A DNA stretch of 64,000 nucleotides from Prochlorococcus sp. AG-679-M23. Its GTDB lineage: Bacteria; Cyanobacteriota; Cyanobacteriia; PCC-6307; Cyanobiaceae. The notes beneath the pieces were generated by a model, which did not search any database, was not told where the DNA came from, and saw only the letters and a list, made by a program, of their open reading frames with translations. Within the stretch, counting starts at the first letter, position 1; each line of letters begins with the position of its first letter. Position numbers and translations under genes: made by a program. The stretch is taken from contig QCUR01000001.1 of assembly GCA_003208875.1 (NCBI GenBank), positions 358,117 through 422,116 of the forward strand, in the 5' to 3' direction. Shown here piece after piece: positions 7,567 through 17,515 of this stretch.

Positions 7567-8480
7567 TGAATTTTCTTACTAAATTTCCTATTGGACAATA
7601 TGTTGATGGTAATAGAAGTTGGTTAAGAATTGTCGACAGTAGATTAAAGATAATTGCAGTATTTATTTTTCTAATTACTCCAATCTGGGCAGGCCCATTA
7701 TGGAGACTAAGTTTAGTTATTTGTTTGATATCTATTACTTTTATCAGTTTGTTACCCTTTAGAGTTTGGTGGCGATCACTCCTCTTCCTTATAGGATTAT
7801 CATTAATAATTGGATTATTATCATTAATTGCATTTTCTGATATTCAATCTCTTGATAGTTCTTTAAGAGATCCGAATGAATTGAACTTGATTCTAGAAAG
7901 TCAGGAAACTTGGAATATTTTAGAAATTCCATCTAAGAAAATAGGATTTATAACTCTTGGGCCCTTTAACCTATCTAGGAAAGCTTTTGAGTTAGGAATA
8001 AAAACTTCAACATTAATATTTACTGTTATTCATAGTGTGAATTTGATGCTGCTAACAACATTACAGGAGGATATAGCCTGGGCCTTAAGTTGGTTTATGA
8101 TCCCTTTGAGAAAAGTTGGGTTGCCTATTGATAAATGGCTTTTTCAATTACTGTTAGCATTACGCTTTATTCCTTTAGTTCAAGAAGAATTGCAAAACAT
8201 AATTAAATCAGTATCAGTTAGATCAATAAATCTTAGAAGTTTGGGTTTTAAGAAATCTATTAATGTTTTATTAACAATGGTTGAAAGACTTTTTTTAAAT
8301 ATATTCTTAAGAATTGATCAAGGAGCAGATTCGTTACTTTCTAAAAAAGAAATAACAATAAAAACTAATAGATATAAAGCTTTTGATAAAAAAAATTCCC
8401 TAACTTTTATTTTTAATTCATTATCGATTTGTTTTATATGCATAGCAATTTTTCTTAGAAAACAGTATGGTGCATGGTAA
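7566..8480 (+). CDS. ECF transporter T component (CbiQ/EcfT family)
   Basis: Multi-TM; GQY, D.RLK, LALRFIP motifs. Confidence 0.85.
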   Translation: MNFLTKFPIGQYVDGNRSWLRIVDSRLKIIAVFIFLITPIWAGPLWRLSLVICLISITFISLLPFRVWWRSLLFLIGLSLIIGLLSLIAFSDIQSLDSSLRDPNELNLILESQETWNILEIPSKKIGFITLGPFNLSRKAFELGIKTSTLIFTVIHSVNLMLLTTLQEDIAWALSWFMIPLRKVGLPIDKWLFQLLLALRFIPLVQEELQNIIKSVSVRSINLRSLGFKKSINVLLTMVERLFLNIFLRIDQGADSLLSKKEITIKTNRYKAFDKKNSLTFIFNSLSICFICIAIFLRKQYGAW

Positions 8481-8497
8481 ATAAATAAATTTTTAGT

Positions 8498-8764
8498 TTG
8501 AGTTCAGAGCGTTATTTAAATCACCCAACATTTGGAATGTTATATCAAGTCTCTCTAGGAAGTGAGGGTAAAGATATTTATGCGACTTTGTATGCACAAA
8601 AAATGTTTTTTTTAGTTGAAGTTAAACAACGAGAAGTGTTTTTTGAAGTTATACCTTATTTAGATGCTAGAAATCAGTCTGAATTAAACCTGCAAAGAGC
8701 AAGAAGACAAGGATCAGAAGATTTCACAAAATGGGAAAATTTATTTAGACAAACTTTTTTATAA
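8498..8764 (+). CDS. pipX: PII/NtcA-interacting protein PipX
   Basis: ERYLNHPTFGMLY, ATLYAQKMFF. Confidence 0.95.
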   Translation: MSSERYLNHPTFGMLYQVSLGSEGKDIYATLYAQKMFFLVEVKQREVFFEVIPYLDARNQSELNLQRARRQGSEDFTKWENLFRQTFL

Positions 8765-8767
8765 AAT

Positions 8768-9406
8768 TTGGAAATTTCAAATTACTTGCAAATTAAAAAA
8801 CAATTACCTCTTAATGTAAATTTACTTGCTGTGAGTAAGGGGTTTAGTAGTAAAGAAATCAAAATTATAAATAATCTAGGACAAAACGATTTTGGGGAAA
8901 GTAGATTTCAAGAGGCTATTGAGAAGAAACTCTTATTAGATGATTTAAAAAATATAAAATGGCATTTCATTGGAAGAGTGCAGACTAATAAAATAAGAAA
9001 AATAGTACAAAATTTTGAATATATTCATTCTGTAGACTCATATGAAAAATTATTAAAGATTTCTAATGTTTCATTTGAAGAGAAGAGAAATCCAATAGTA
9101 ATGTTGCAAGTCAAATTAAGTGATGATCCAAATAAAGGAGGTTTTAATCCTAAAGTATTGTTAGAAAAATGGGACCAGATTAAGGGATTTAAAAGTATCA
9201 AAATTAAAGGCCTAATGACAATCAATCCAAAGGGTTTGAGTTCAATAGATAATATTAAACTATTTAAAAAATGCCGGTTACTTGCAGATTCACTTAAACT
9301 TAAGGATTGTTCAATGGGAATGTCAGGAGACTGGGAGGAAGCTGTTAAAGCAGGTTCTACTTGGTTGCGATTAGGGTCAATAATTTTTGGTAATAGAATA
9401 TATTAG
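8768..9406 (+). CDS. pipY: PLP-homeostasis protein PipY (YggS family)
   Basis: LLAVSK, WHFIG..Q.NK, SMGMSGDW..A...GST..RLG; follows pipX. Confidence 0.93.
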   Translation: MEISNYLQIKKQLPLNVNLLAVSKGFSSKEIKIINNLGQNDFGESRFQEAIEKKLLLDDLKNIKWHFIGRVQTNKIRKIVQNFEYIHSVDSYEKLLKISNVSFEEKRNPIVMLQVKLSDDPNKGGFNPKVLLEKWDQIKGFKSIKIKGLMTINPKGLSSIDNIKLFKKCRLLADSLKLKDCSMGMSGDWEEAVKAGSTWLRLGSIIFGNRIY

Positions 9407-9564
9407 TCGTTAATTAATTATATTTTATAAAAATCTTGTTTTTAAACTTGCAGTAAACTATAAGTAACGTTATTTAAGTATAGGTAGTTTATTCATTAAT
9501 AAAAGATGGATATATTACTAAAGGTTTTTTGACCTTAGTTATCAATTTCAAGAGGATTTAAAAG

Positions 9565-10137
9565 GTGTCACTTATTTCTCGATTAAAGGCAGTTGTAGCA
9601 GGGGATGATTATCTGGATGATGATTTTGATGAGTTGGATTATGCATCAGAGGATGAATTTAATCGAAATAATGATTTTAAACAAAATCAAAAAAACTCGA
9701 ATGCACTTTCAAATTCAAATCCATTTGAATTTATGAATAATAATAGGACATCAAATGTGGTTGGAATGCCTGGCATTGCTAATTCATCTTCTGAGGTAAG
9801 CTTGATGGAGCCTAGAAGTTTTGATGAAATGCCTCAAGCAATACAGGCATTAAGAGAAAGAAAAACTGTAATTCTAAATTTGACTATGATGGATCCTGAC
9901 CAAGCACAAAGAGCAGTTGATTTTGTTGCAGGAGGTACATATGCAATAGATGGTCATCAAGAAAGAGTTGGGGAAAGCATTTTTCTTTTTGCTCCTAGTT
10001 GTGTAAATGTAACTAGTTCTTTCCCAGAGGAAGCTTCTCCTTCTAATGTTTCAAGCAAAAAGACATCTTATAATTTTGAAACTAACACAACTCCAGAGCC
10101 AGCTTGGGGAGAATCTAAATTATCGGCTTACAGTTAA
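9565..10137 (+). CDS. sepF: Cell division protein SepF
   Basis: [24 protein letters not shown]. Confidence 0.95.
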   Translation: MSLISRLKAVVAGDDYLDDDFDELDYASEDEFNRNNDFKQNQKNSNALSNSNPFEFMNNNRTSNVVGMPGIANSSSEVSLMEPRSFDEMPQAIQALRERKTVILNLTMMDPDQAQRAVDFVAGGTYAIDGHQERVGESIFLFAPSCVNVTSSFPEEASPSNVSSKKTSYNFETNTTPEPAWGESKLSAYS

Positions 10138-10144
10138 TTAATTT

Positions 10145-10951
10145 GTGACTAGTAAAATCGCAGTCATTGGGTTTGGAAATATTGCAAGAGCTATTATTAC
10201 TCCGCTATTTGATAAAAATTTACTAAATCCAAAGGATGTTTATTGTTTAGTAAATACAAAAAAAAGTTTAGAAAATATTAGAAAAAACTATAAGTATGAT
10301 ATTAATATTTTTCAGGCAAACTCCAAAGGTTCAGAAATTATATGGGATTGCAAAGTTAAACTTCTCTCTGTAAAGCCTCAGCAACTTAAAAATATAATTG
10401 AATTAAAAAAAAATAAAAATAATTTATTGGTTTCTATTTTAGCTGGTGTATCTTTAGAAAAACTTATTAAAAAATTTCCAAATCATAAATGCGTTAGGGT
10501 AGTAACTAATATTCCAATAACAATTGGTAAAGGTTTAACTGGAATATCCTGGGGAGATGAAATAACAAAAGATCAAAAGCAATTTATAAAAAGATTATTT
10601 GAAAACTCTAGTAAAATTTATGAATTTCCTGAAGATTTACTCGATATTTTTTTATCAGTAACATCTTCTGGACCAGCTATAATTGCCTTGATTATTGAAG
10701 CTTTAAGTGACGGAGGTTTAAGCGGCGGATTGCAAAAAAGACTTTCTGAAGAACTAGTTGTAGAGATGATTCTAGGCACTGTTAGTTTAATAAAAGAAAC
10801 TAATTTAACAACTGCTGAGCTTAAGAATATGGTAACTTCTCCTGGGGGCACAACCATATCAGCACTAAGGGTTTTAGAAAATAAGAGTTTAAGGTCTGCT
10901 CTTATAGAAGCAGTAGTTTCGGCCAGTAATCGTAGTAAAGAATTTCGTTAA
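10145..10951 (+). CDS. proC: Pyrroline-5-carboxylate reductase
   Basis: IGFGNIA, VKPQ, SSGPA, VTSPGGTT. Confidence 0.95.
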   Translation: MTSKIAVIGFGNIARAIITPLFDKNLLNPKDVYCLVNTKKSLENIRKNYKYDINIFQANSKGSEIIWDCKVKLLSVKPQQLKNIIELKKNKNNLLVSILAGVSLEKLIKKFPNHKCVRVVTNIPITIGKGLTGISWGDEITKDQKQFIKRLFENSSKIYEFPEDLLDIFLSVTSSGPAIIALIIEALSDGGLSGGLQKRLSEELVVEMILGTVSLIKETNLTTAELKNMVTSPGGTTISALRVLENKSLRSALIEAVVSASNRSKEFR

Positions 10952-12114
10952 GGGTTAGATATTTTTATAGTATTTAAGTAAAGTTTTTCCAGAGCTTCAA
11001 TATTTTTTTTAATTGTATATCTTTCAATTACTCTTTCACGTGCTTTTTCCCCTAGAGCCTTTGTGAATGAAGGATGATCTACCAAAATTGGAATTATAGT
11101 TTTTAATTGAGTGACAACATTTTCAGTAGAGATCACAATGCCTGCTCCATTATCTAAAACCTCACCATCAGCTCCAGCATCAGTTGCTACACAAGCTGTA
11201 CCAGTGGACATTGCCTCTAAGAGTGATAAGGATAGTCCCTCTATTAAACTCGGTAAAAAAAATACCTCTGCGATTTGCATAATTGCTACCCTGGTTTCTA
11301 AATCAGTTTCTGATCCCCACCAAATTAATTTATCTTTTCCTAGGTTAGAAAAACTATTTTCCAGTGTAGGCTTCATTGGTCCGTCTCCAACAATTACTAG
11401 TTTGCAATTATTAGTTTTTGTTTGACGCCAGGATTTTAAAAGAGCCTCAATATTTTTTTCATTGGCAATCCTTCCCATATATATAAATATTCTTCCATTC
11501 CCTAGTTTACTTTTTACTAAATTATATTTTTTACTTTTTACTTTCACAGGTTGCCAAATACTTTCATCAACTCCATTTGGAATAATTATTTGCTTTTCTT
11601 TACTAACGCCTAGGTTCTCTAAAAGTGATTTTTGAGGTTCTGAAAAAACAATTATTTTATGAAATTTAGCGAGAGAGGGCGCATAAAGTTGATAAGTTAG
11701 TTGTTGAGTACTTGCAGTTAAGTTCCTATTATTTTTATCAAATGCGGGATGAAATGTCCCTACAAGTGGGCGGTTTATTTGTTTGCAAAGTTCAGGCAAT
11801 CTAAAGTCGAGAGGAGATAAAGTTAGACTTGCATGAACTATATCTGGCTTTAATCTCTCTAATGAATGCCTTAGTTCTTTTTCTGCTCTTGGAGAGGGGA
11901 TCGTATAAACTTGTGATTTAATTAAGTAAGGAAGACTGACCTCAGGATCGTTTGCTAAAAATAAGGATTTAGATTCTTTTACATTAGAGGGATTATCAAA
12001 ATGTATAAAACTTACTTTATGGCTTCTCACTTTTAATTGTTCAGTAGTTAAATTTCCATAACTTACATTTCCACAAAAGGGAGATTTTTTACCTAGCCAG
12101 GCAACATGAACCAC
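10948..12114 (-). CDS. Glycosyltransferase family 4 (GT-B)
   Basis: IPNGVD, GRIA.EKN, PS..EGLSLSLLEAMS.G. Confidence 0.9.
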   Translation of the reverse strand: MVHVAWLGKKSPFCGNVSYGNLTTEQLKVRSHKVSFIHFDNPSNVKESKSLFLANDPEVSLPYLIKSQVYTIPSPRAEKELRHSLERLKPDIVHASLTLSPLDFRLPELCKQINRPLVGTFHPAFDKNNRNLTASTQQLTYQLYAPSLAKFHKIIVFSEPQKSLLENLGVSKEKQIIIPNGVDESIWQPVKVKSKKYNLVKSKLGNGRIFIYMGRIANEKNIEALLKSWRQTKTNNCKLVIVGDGPMKPTLENSFSNLGKDKLIWWGSETDLETRVAIMQIAEVFFLPSLIEGLSLSLLEAMSTGTACVATDAGADGEVLDNGAGIVISTENVVTQLKTIIPILVDHPSFTKALGEKARERVIERYTIKKNIEALEKLYLNTIKISNP

Positions 12115-12199
12115 ATCAAATTAATCAACTATTTATAAAGTTAACAGTCAAAGTTACAATCATCGAGATCTTTTAATTTAATAACAATTTACCCCTTAA

Positions 12200-12979
12200 T
12201 TATCTATAAAATTCTCTTAACATTTTTAGTGACGATAATTCTTTTTCTAATTGAGCAGAGATCCAATTTTCAACAATTGATAATATCTTAAGCCAAACTT
12301 TTTTAGGTCCTAATAATTCTCCATTTGATTTGATTGGTAATTCTGCGAAAAGAAGTCTTTGTAAAAGAGCAATTTCAGAAGCATTCACTTTTAAAACACT
12401 ATCTACATCTTCTACTGTAGAAAATCCCTCATTTGGTAAATAGGAACATTGCCAATCCCAGTTACCTAAGGGTGGAATGATAGGCTCGCCCGTTTTACAG
12501 CAAAAATTTACAGGAATATTTATCCCTCCAATTGCTAATAAATGAATTAAAGATTGAATACTCATTGAAAGCATTTTGAAGTCCTCTTCACTTTCAAGGT
12601 TATATTCATAAATTCGATCTAAATGAATAAGTACGCTAGACAAGTAATCTTTTTGCTTGTCATTGTTTCCAACTAATAAAAAGGTTAATTCAGTTATTGC
12701 TTGGGCTGCAGCAAGACATTCTATATTTTTCCCCAATCCGTTGTAGCTTTTGAGAATTTTAATTTGACGAACAGACTTAAGACTTCTTTTCCCAAAGATC
12801 TGAAAACTTAAATATGTTAAAGGAGTAGCTGCAGCAAGACTACTTTTTGGACGCCTGGCGCCTGGAGCTGCAAGCCTAATAATACCTTGTTCATCTGTTA
12901 AAACAGTTATTAATCTTCCACTCTCACCTAGCGGACTAGCTTTAATACAAAGACCTTTTATTCTACTTTCGCCTGACAT
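12200..12979 (-). CDS. recO: DNA repair protein RecO
   Basis: LGE..RLITVLT.EQG...APGARRPKSSL OB-fold start. Confidence 0.92.
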   Translation of the reverse strand: MSGESRIKGLCIKASPLGESGRLITVLTDEQGIIRLAAPGARRPKSSLAAATPLTYLSFQIFGKRSLKSVRQIKILKSYNGLGKNIECLAAAQAITELTFLLVGNNDKQKDYLSSVLIHLDRIYEYNLESEEDFKMLSMSIQSLIHLLAIGGINIPVNFCCKTGEPIIPPLGNWDWQCSYLPNEGFSTVEDVDSVLKVNASEIALLQRLLFAELPIKSNGELLGPKKVWLKILSIVENWISAQLEKELSSLKMLREFYR

Positions 12980-13639
12980 TTAAATAAGTCTAATTTCTTT
13001 AAAAATCTCATTAAAATTTGAAGTTCCAATACAATCTATACCTGAATCAAATAAATCAACAACTTGGGTTAGTGTTTTTATGCTTCCTACCACTTTTATA
13101 GAATTCTGGTTGCCAATAAATTTTAATATTTCAACTATATCAACTTTAGAAATAGCAGGTCCAAAACCATCTCCAAATTGAAAATTTGTTATTCCTAATT
13201 CAAGAGAAATTTCTATGGCTTTTTCAAAAAGTTCTTTATCTAATTTTGTTTTGTTTATGATTATTGTGACTGGTAATTCTGAAGCATTAATACTCTCAAT
13301 TTCACTGGCAAAACTATTTAAATCATTTTTAGATAGTTTTAGAAAATTAGGGATGTATTCTATTCCGCTTGCACCATTATCTTTTGCATAGCAAACAAAT
13401 TCATCAATAAAATCAAGTGGTAAATCAGCTAATGGATAAGAAATTAGAGTATTTATATTTACTTTATGATTGTTTAATGCATCTTTTATAGGACTTAAAA
13501 AGTTAAGAGATGTAGAAACATTTCTAATATTATATTTTTGAATTAAATCGCAGTTGACATTTAATTCTTCCAAAGATAAATACGGATTAATTAATATTGC
13601 ATGTATCTTTTCATTTAATTCGTAATCGATATTAAACAT
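12980..13639 (-). CDS. deoC: Deoxyribose-phosphate aldolase homologue (divergent)
   Basis: TIM-barrel pattern (ISYPLA, A.DNGA, IK..GSIKT, G...IGTS) and lrtA-deoC-recO synteny; catalytic motif altered. Confidence 0.75.
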   Translation of the reverse strand: MFNIDYELNEKIHAILINPYLSLEELNVNCDLIQKYNIRNVSTSLNFLSPIKDALNNHKVNINTLISYPLADLPLDFIDEFVCYAKDNGASGIEYIPNFLKLSKNDLNSFASEIESINASELPVTIIINKTKLDKELFEKAIEISLELGITNFQFGDGFGPAISKVDIVEILKFIGNQNSIKVVGSIKTLTQVVDLFDSGIDCIGTSNFNEIFKEIRLI

Positions 13640-13647
13640 TTTTAGTA

Positions 13648-14232
13648 TTATTTAGACTGGATTAATCCATAACCGCCATGATTCCTTTTATAAATAACTT
13701 GTAGTTCATTATTTACTTTATTTCTAAATACATAAAATTCATGATCAATAAAATCTAATTGTTTTCTAGCCTCTTCCAAAGAGATAGGAATCATTTCAAA
13801 ATATTTTTTTTTAATAGATGGTTCAGGTAGTCTCACCTCTCTTTCCTCGTTGAATATATCTTTATCTATAGAATCTGATTCTTCAATCGCATTGGAATAA
13901 GAATTTTTATTCTTTACAAGATTATTATGTAATTTTTTATTATGCCTCTCTTTATATTTCCGTAGTTTTCTACAAAGTTTATTTGAAACCAAATCAATGC
14001 TTGAATAAAGATTTTCTGTTTTTTCTTCAGCTCTGATAATAGTTCCATTAGCAAAAATTGTAACTTCAGCTGTTTGGAATGAAACCCTTGGATTCTTTTC
14101 GATTGAAAGGTGTATATCTACTTCTTTAACGATATCCTTATAGTGATGCGTTGCTTTTTCTATTTTTGCCTCAGTATATTCTTTTAAAGGTCCTGTAAGT
14201 TCGAGATTCTTTCCATGGATTAAAATTTTCAT
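13648..14232 (-). CDS. hpf: Ribosome hibernation promoting factor (long HPF / LrtA)
   Basis: I.GKNLELT, LYSSIDLV..KL.RKLRKYKE, H.FYVFRN, VIYKRNHGGYGLI. Confidence 0.95.
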   Translation of the reverse strand: MKILIHGKNLELTGPLKEYTEAKIEKATHHYKDIVKEVDIHLSIEKNPRVSFQTAEVTIFANGTIIRAEEKTENLYSSIDLVSNKLCRKLRKYKERHNKKLHNNLVKNKNSYSNAIEESDSIDKDIFNEEREVRLPEPSIKKKYFEMIPISLEEARKQLDFIDHEFYVFRNKVNNELQVIYKRNHGGYGLIQSK

Positions 14233-14276
14233 AATAAATCTAAAAATATTTTCATATTTCCTAAATCTACATAACT

Positions 14277-14921
14277 ATGATTAATAGAACATCAATAATT
14301 AAACAACCTGATAAAATTTCATTTTTTTATGATGTATATAAATTACAAAAAGAATATCAAGACTCATTAATTTCAGGTAAATCAAATATGAATTTTATTT
14401 GGTTAGGCGAGCATCAACTTTGTTATACAGTCGGAAGAGGTTCCAATATGGATAACTTGCTTTTCTCAGCAGATGAACAAGATGTATTTAAAATTGATAG
14501 AGGTGGTGAGGTTACATGCCATATGCCAGGACAGTTAGTTACTTATTTAGTTTTAGATTTGAGTAATTTTAATAAAGATTTAAATTGGTATTTAAGAAAA
14601 ATTGAAAAAATAATTATTAAAACTCTAAGGAGTTTTAATATTAATTGCTCTACTAAAGATGGATTTACAGGTGTGTGGATAGGAGAAAGGAAAATTGCTT
14701 CAATCGGTATTGGATGCAAACGGTGGGTAACGATTCATGGCTTCTCAATAAACGTTAACTGCAAATTAGAAAATTTTAATAAGATTGTTCCTTGCGGTAT
14801 TGAGGGCTGCCAAATGGTAAATATGTCTGATTACAATAAAAATGTAGATATAAAAGAAGTTAAGAAAATTGTTAAAAAAATCATTCATGAAGAGTTTAAT
14901 TTTAATTTTGTATCAGAATAG
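14277..14921 (+). CDS. lipB: Octanoyltransferase LipB
   Basis: EH...[34 protein letters not shown]. Confidence 0.95.
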   Translation: MINRTSIIKQPDKISFFYDVYKLQKEYQDSLISGKSNMNFIWLGEHQLCYTVGRGSNMDNLLFSADEQDVFKIDRGGEVTCHMPGQLVTYLVLDLSNFNKDLNWYLRKIEKIIIKTLRSFNINCSTKDGFTGVWIGERKIASIGIGCKRWVTIHGFSINVNCKLENFNKIVPCGIEGCQMVNMSDYNKNVDIKEVKKIVKKIIHEEFNFNFVSE

Positions 14922-14951
14922 AAACTTAAAAGATTTGGAAATTTCATAAAT

Positions 14952-16877
14952 ATGGAAGAATTAGCATATTGGCCTGCAGCAAAATCTCTTTCACAAAATG
15001 AAAAATTTACAAGTAAAAGGAAAGATATAAATAATCTTGATCATGTTGATCAAATATGGGAATACTTAAAATTAAAATGTGGGAATACAGTAGCTATTAA
15101 TGATTTGAGAGGAAAGAATAAAGAAAAAATTTCCTATTCTGAGTTAGCTAATTTAATCACTAAAGTCTCTAATTCTTTTAAAAATTATGGAGTAGTTAAA
15201 GGTGATGTTGTCACATTTATATCTGAAAACTCACCAAGATGGTTAATAGCTGATCAAGGGTTGATGCGATTAGGAGCTATTAATGCTGTAAGAGGTATTA
15301 ATTCACCTTCAGTAGAATTAGATTACATAATTGAGCATTCTAATTCTGTTGGTCTAATTGTTCAATCTAAGGAAGTTTGGTTGAAATTAAATAAAAAAAA
15401 TGAATTAAAAAAAAGATTTAAATTTATAATTAATCTGGAAGATGAACAATTTGAAGATTTAATAAATTGGCCTGAATTTATAAAAGCAGGAGAAAAAAAT
15501 CTTTTAAAAAATAATAGTTTCGAAAAATATAATCATCATAGTAACGATATTGCCAGCATTCTCTATACATCAGGGACAACAGGCAAACCAAAAGGTGTTC
15601 CCTTGACACATGCAAACTTTTTACATCAAATCATTAATCTGGCCCATATCGCCGATCCAGAACCCGGAACTGCTGTCTTGAGTGTGTTACCTATCTGGCA
15701 TTCGTATGAAAGAAGTGCTGAATATTTCTTTTTTTCATGCGGGTGTACTCAATTTTATACAAATCCAAAATTCCTGAAAGATGATATTAAACAAGTTAAG
15801 CCAGTTGTTATGGCTACTGTTCCTAGGCTATGGGAGGCTATTCATGATGGCTTTTTCTTGGCTTTAAAAAAAATGCCTCCTAAAAAACAAAAAATCATAA
15901 AGGTTTTGATAAAGAATAGTTCTATTTTTAAAAGAAATTTAAGAAAGATCAGAAATTTAGAAATTAATCAAGTAAGTTCTTTAGCAAAAATATCTTTGAC
16001 AATATCTATAATAGGAAGATTTTTGATACATAAGATATCTTCTACTTTTTTATGGCCAAGTATTTTGAAACAATTATGTGGAGAAAAACTTAAATTTCCA
16101 ATCAATGGTGGGGGTGCTTTACCTGAGCACGTAGATTTGTTTTTTGAATCTTTAGGTATAGATGTTCTAGTCGGTTATGGATTAACAGAAACTAGTCCAG
16201 TACTAACTTGTAGAAGAAGAGAACTTAATGTAAGGGGATCTTCTGGACAGCCATTGGCATTTACTGAAATTAAAATAATGAATGAAGAAAAAGATAAGAT
16301 TTTGAAATTTAAAGAGATAGGCAAGATTCTTGTTAAAGGACCTCAAGTTATGAAAGGTTATTTGAATAATATTTCAGCTACTAAAGATGTTTTATCAAGA
16401 GATGGTTGGTTTGATACTGGAGATTTGGGTTTTCTTATTCCAAATGGATCTTTGGTTATAACAGGGCGAGCCAAGGATACGATAGTTCTTTCTAGTGGTG
16501 AAAATATAGAGCCAAGTCCCCTTGAAACTGAGATTCTTAGTTCTGAATTTATTAATCAAGTTCAACTAGTAGGTCAAGACAAAAAGTGTTTAACAGCACT
16601 TGTCGCTCCAAACATAGAATTAGTAGAAAATAAATTCTTTGAAAATGATATTTCTAAATTAAATACGAATAAAAAAATTGGTTTGTTTTTTAAGTCGCAG
16701 ATAAATAATTTGTTAAAAAACAGATTAGGAGCAAGATTTGAGGAACAGGTATTAGATTGCTATTTTGTTGATGCTTTTACTTTAGAAAATGGTTTATTGA
16801 CTCAAACTCTTAAGCAGAAAAGAAGAGAAATAGTTGATTTATATTCATCACAAATAGAAGAAATGTATAAAAAATAA
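14952..16877 (+). CDS. Long-chain acyl-ACP/acyl-CoA synthetase (Aas/FadD)
   Basis: YTSGTTGKPKG, GYGLTET, GWFDTGDLG, GRAKD. Confidence 0.92.
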   Translation: MEELAYWPAAKSLSQNEKFTSKRKDINNLDHVDQIWEYLKLKCGNTVAINDLRGKNKEKISYSELANLITKVSNSFKNYGVVKGDVVTFISENSPRWLIADQGLMRLGAINAVRGINSPSVELDYIIEHSNSVGLIVQSKEVWLKLNKKNELKKRFKFIINLEDEQFEDLINWPEFIKAGEKNLLKNNSFEKYNHHSNDIASILYTSGTTGKPKGVPLTHANFLHQIINLAHIADPEPGTAVLSVLPIWHSYERSAEYFFFSCGCTQFYTNPKFLKDDIKQVKPVVMATVPRLWEAIHDGFFLALKKMPPKKQKIIKVLIKNSSIFKRNLRKIRNLEINQVSSLAKISLTISIIGRFLIHKISSTFLWPSILKQLCGEKLKFPINGGGALPEHVDLFFESLGIDVLVGYGLTETSPVLTCRRRELNVRGSSGQPLAFTEIKIMNEEKDKILKFKEIGKILVKGPQVMKGYLNNISATKDVLSRDGWFDTGDLGFLIPNGSLVITGRAKDTIVLSSGENIEPSPLETEILSSEFINQVQLVGQDKKCLTALVAPNIELVENKFFENDISKLNTNKKIGLFFKSQINNLLKNRLGARFEEQVLDCYFVDAFTLENGLLTQTLKQKRREIVDLYSSQIEEMYKK

Positions 16878-16934
16878 ATTAAAAAAGAAAAATCTCTTTG
16901 ATATCTCTATATTGAGAGGGTAAATTAATTTTTT

Positions 16935-17381
16935 ATGGAAACCAAAAACTCTATATCCATCAAACGTTCAATAGCAATAAAAGCTATTGTTACCCCTACT
17001 TGGAAAGAAGATGCTGAGAAGGAATTAAGTAATGCGATTTCCGCAGTTGACCAACAGTTATCACAACTTGAACAAGAAGGTCAACAAATAGTTAGTAATA
17101 TAAGATCCCAGTCAGTAAATCCATTAGATCCTAGAGTTCAAGAGCAAGTTGGCCAAGTTCAGCAACAAGTTGGCGCAAAAAGAAACGAACTAGAAGAGCA
17201 AAAAAGAAATCTATTGCAACAACAAAGTCAAGTTCGTGATTTAAAAATGGATGAAATTGTTGATCAAGGACAGGTTGATAGCTTTTGTGATGTTTCCGTT
17301 GGGGATAATCTTATTAAGAAGATGCAAGTTTCAATAATAGTTAAAGATGGGATAATTCAATCGATTAATAATAACGAATAA
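16935..17381 (+). CDS. YlqD-family protein
   Basis: IKR.I..KAIVTP.WKE, Gln-rich coil, V.VGDNL..KM. Confidence 0.85.
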   Translation: METKNSISIKRSIAIKAIVTPTWKEDAEKELSNAISAVDQQLSQLEQEGQQIVSNIRSQSVNPLDPRVQEQVGQVQQQVGAKRNELEEQKRNLLQQQSQVRDLKMDEIVDQGQVDSFCDVSVGDNLIKKMQVSIIVKDGIIQSINNNE

Positions 17382-17515
17382 ATTTAAAGGTTTAAATTCC
17401 TTTTGAATGTAAATCATAGTTTCTTTGGCGCTATTTTTTTGTAAAATATAAACATACCGATCTTTAGGAGTTTTGTAAGTTCTTAAAGCTAGTAAAACCT
17501 TAAAAAATCTATCTG

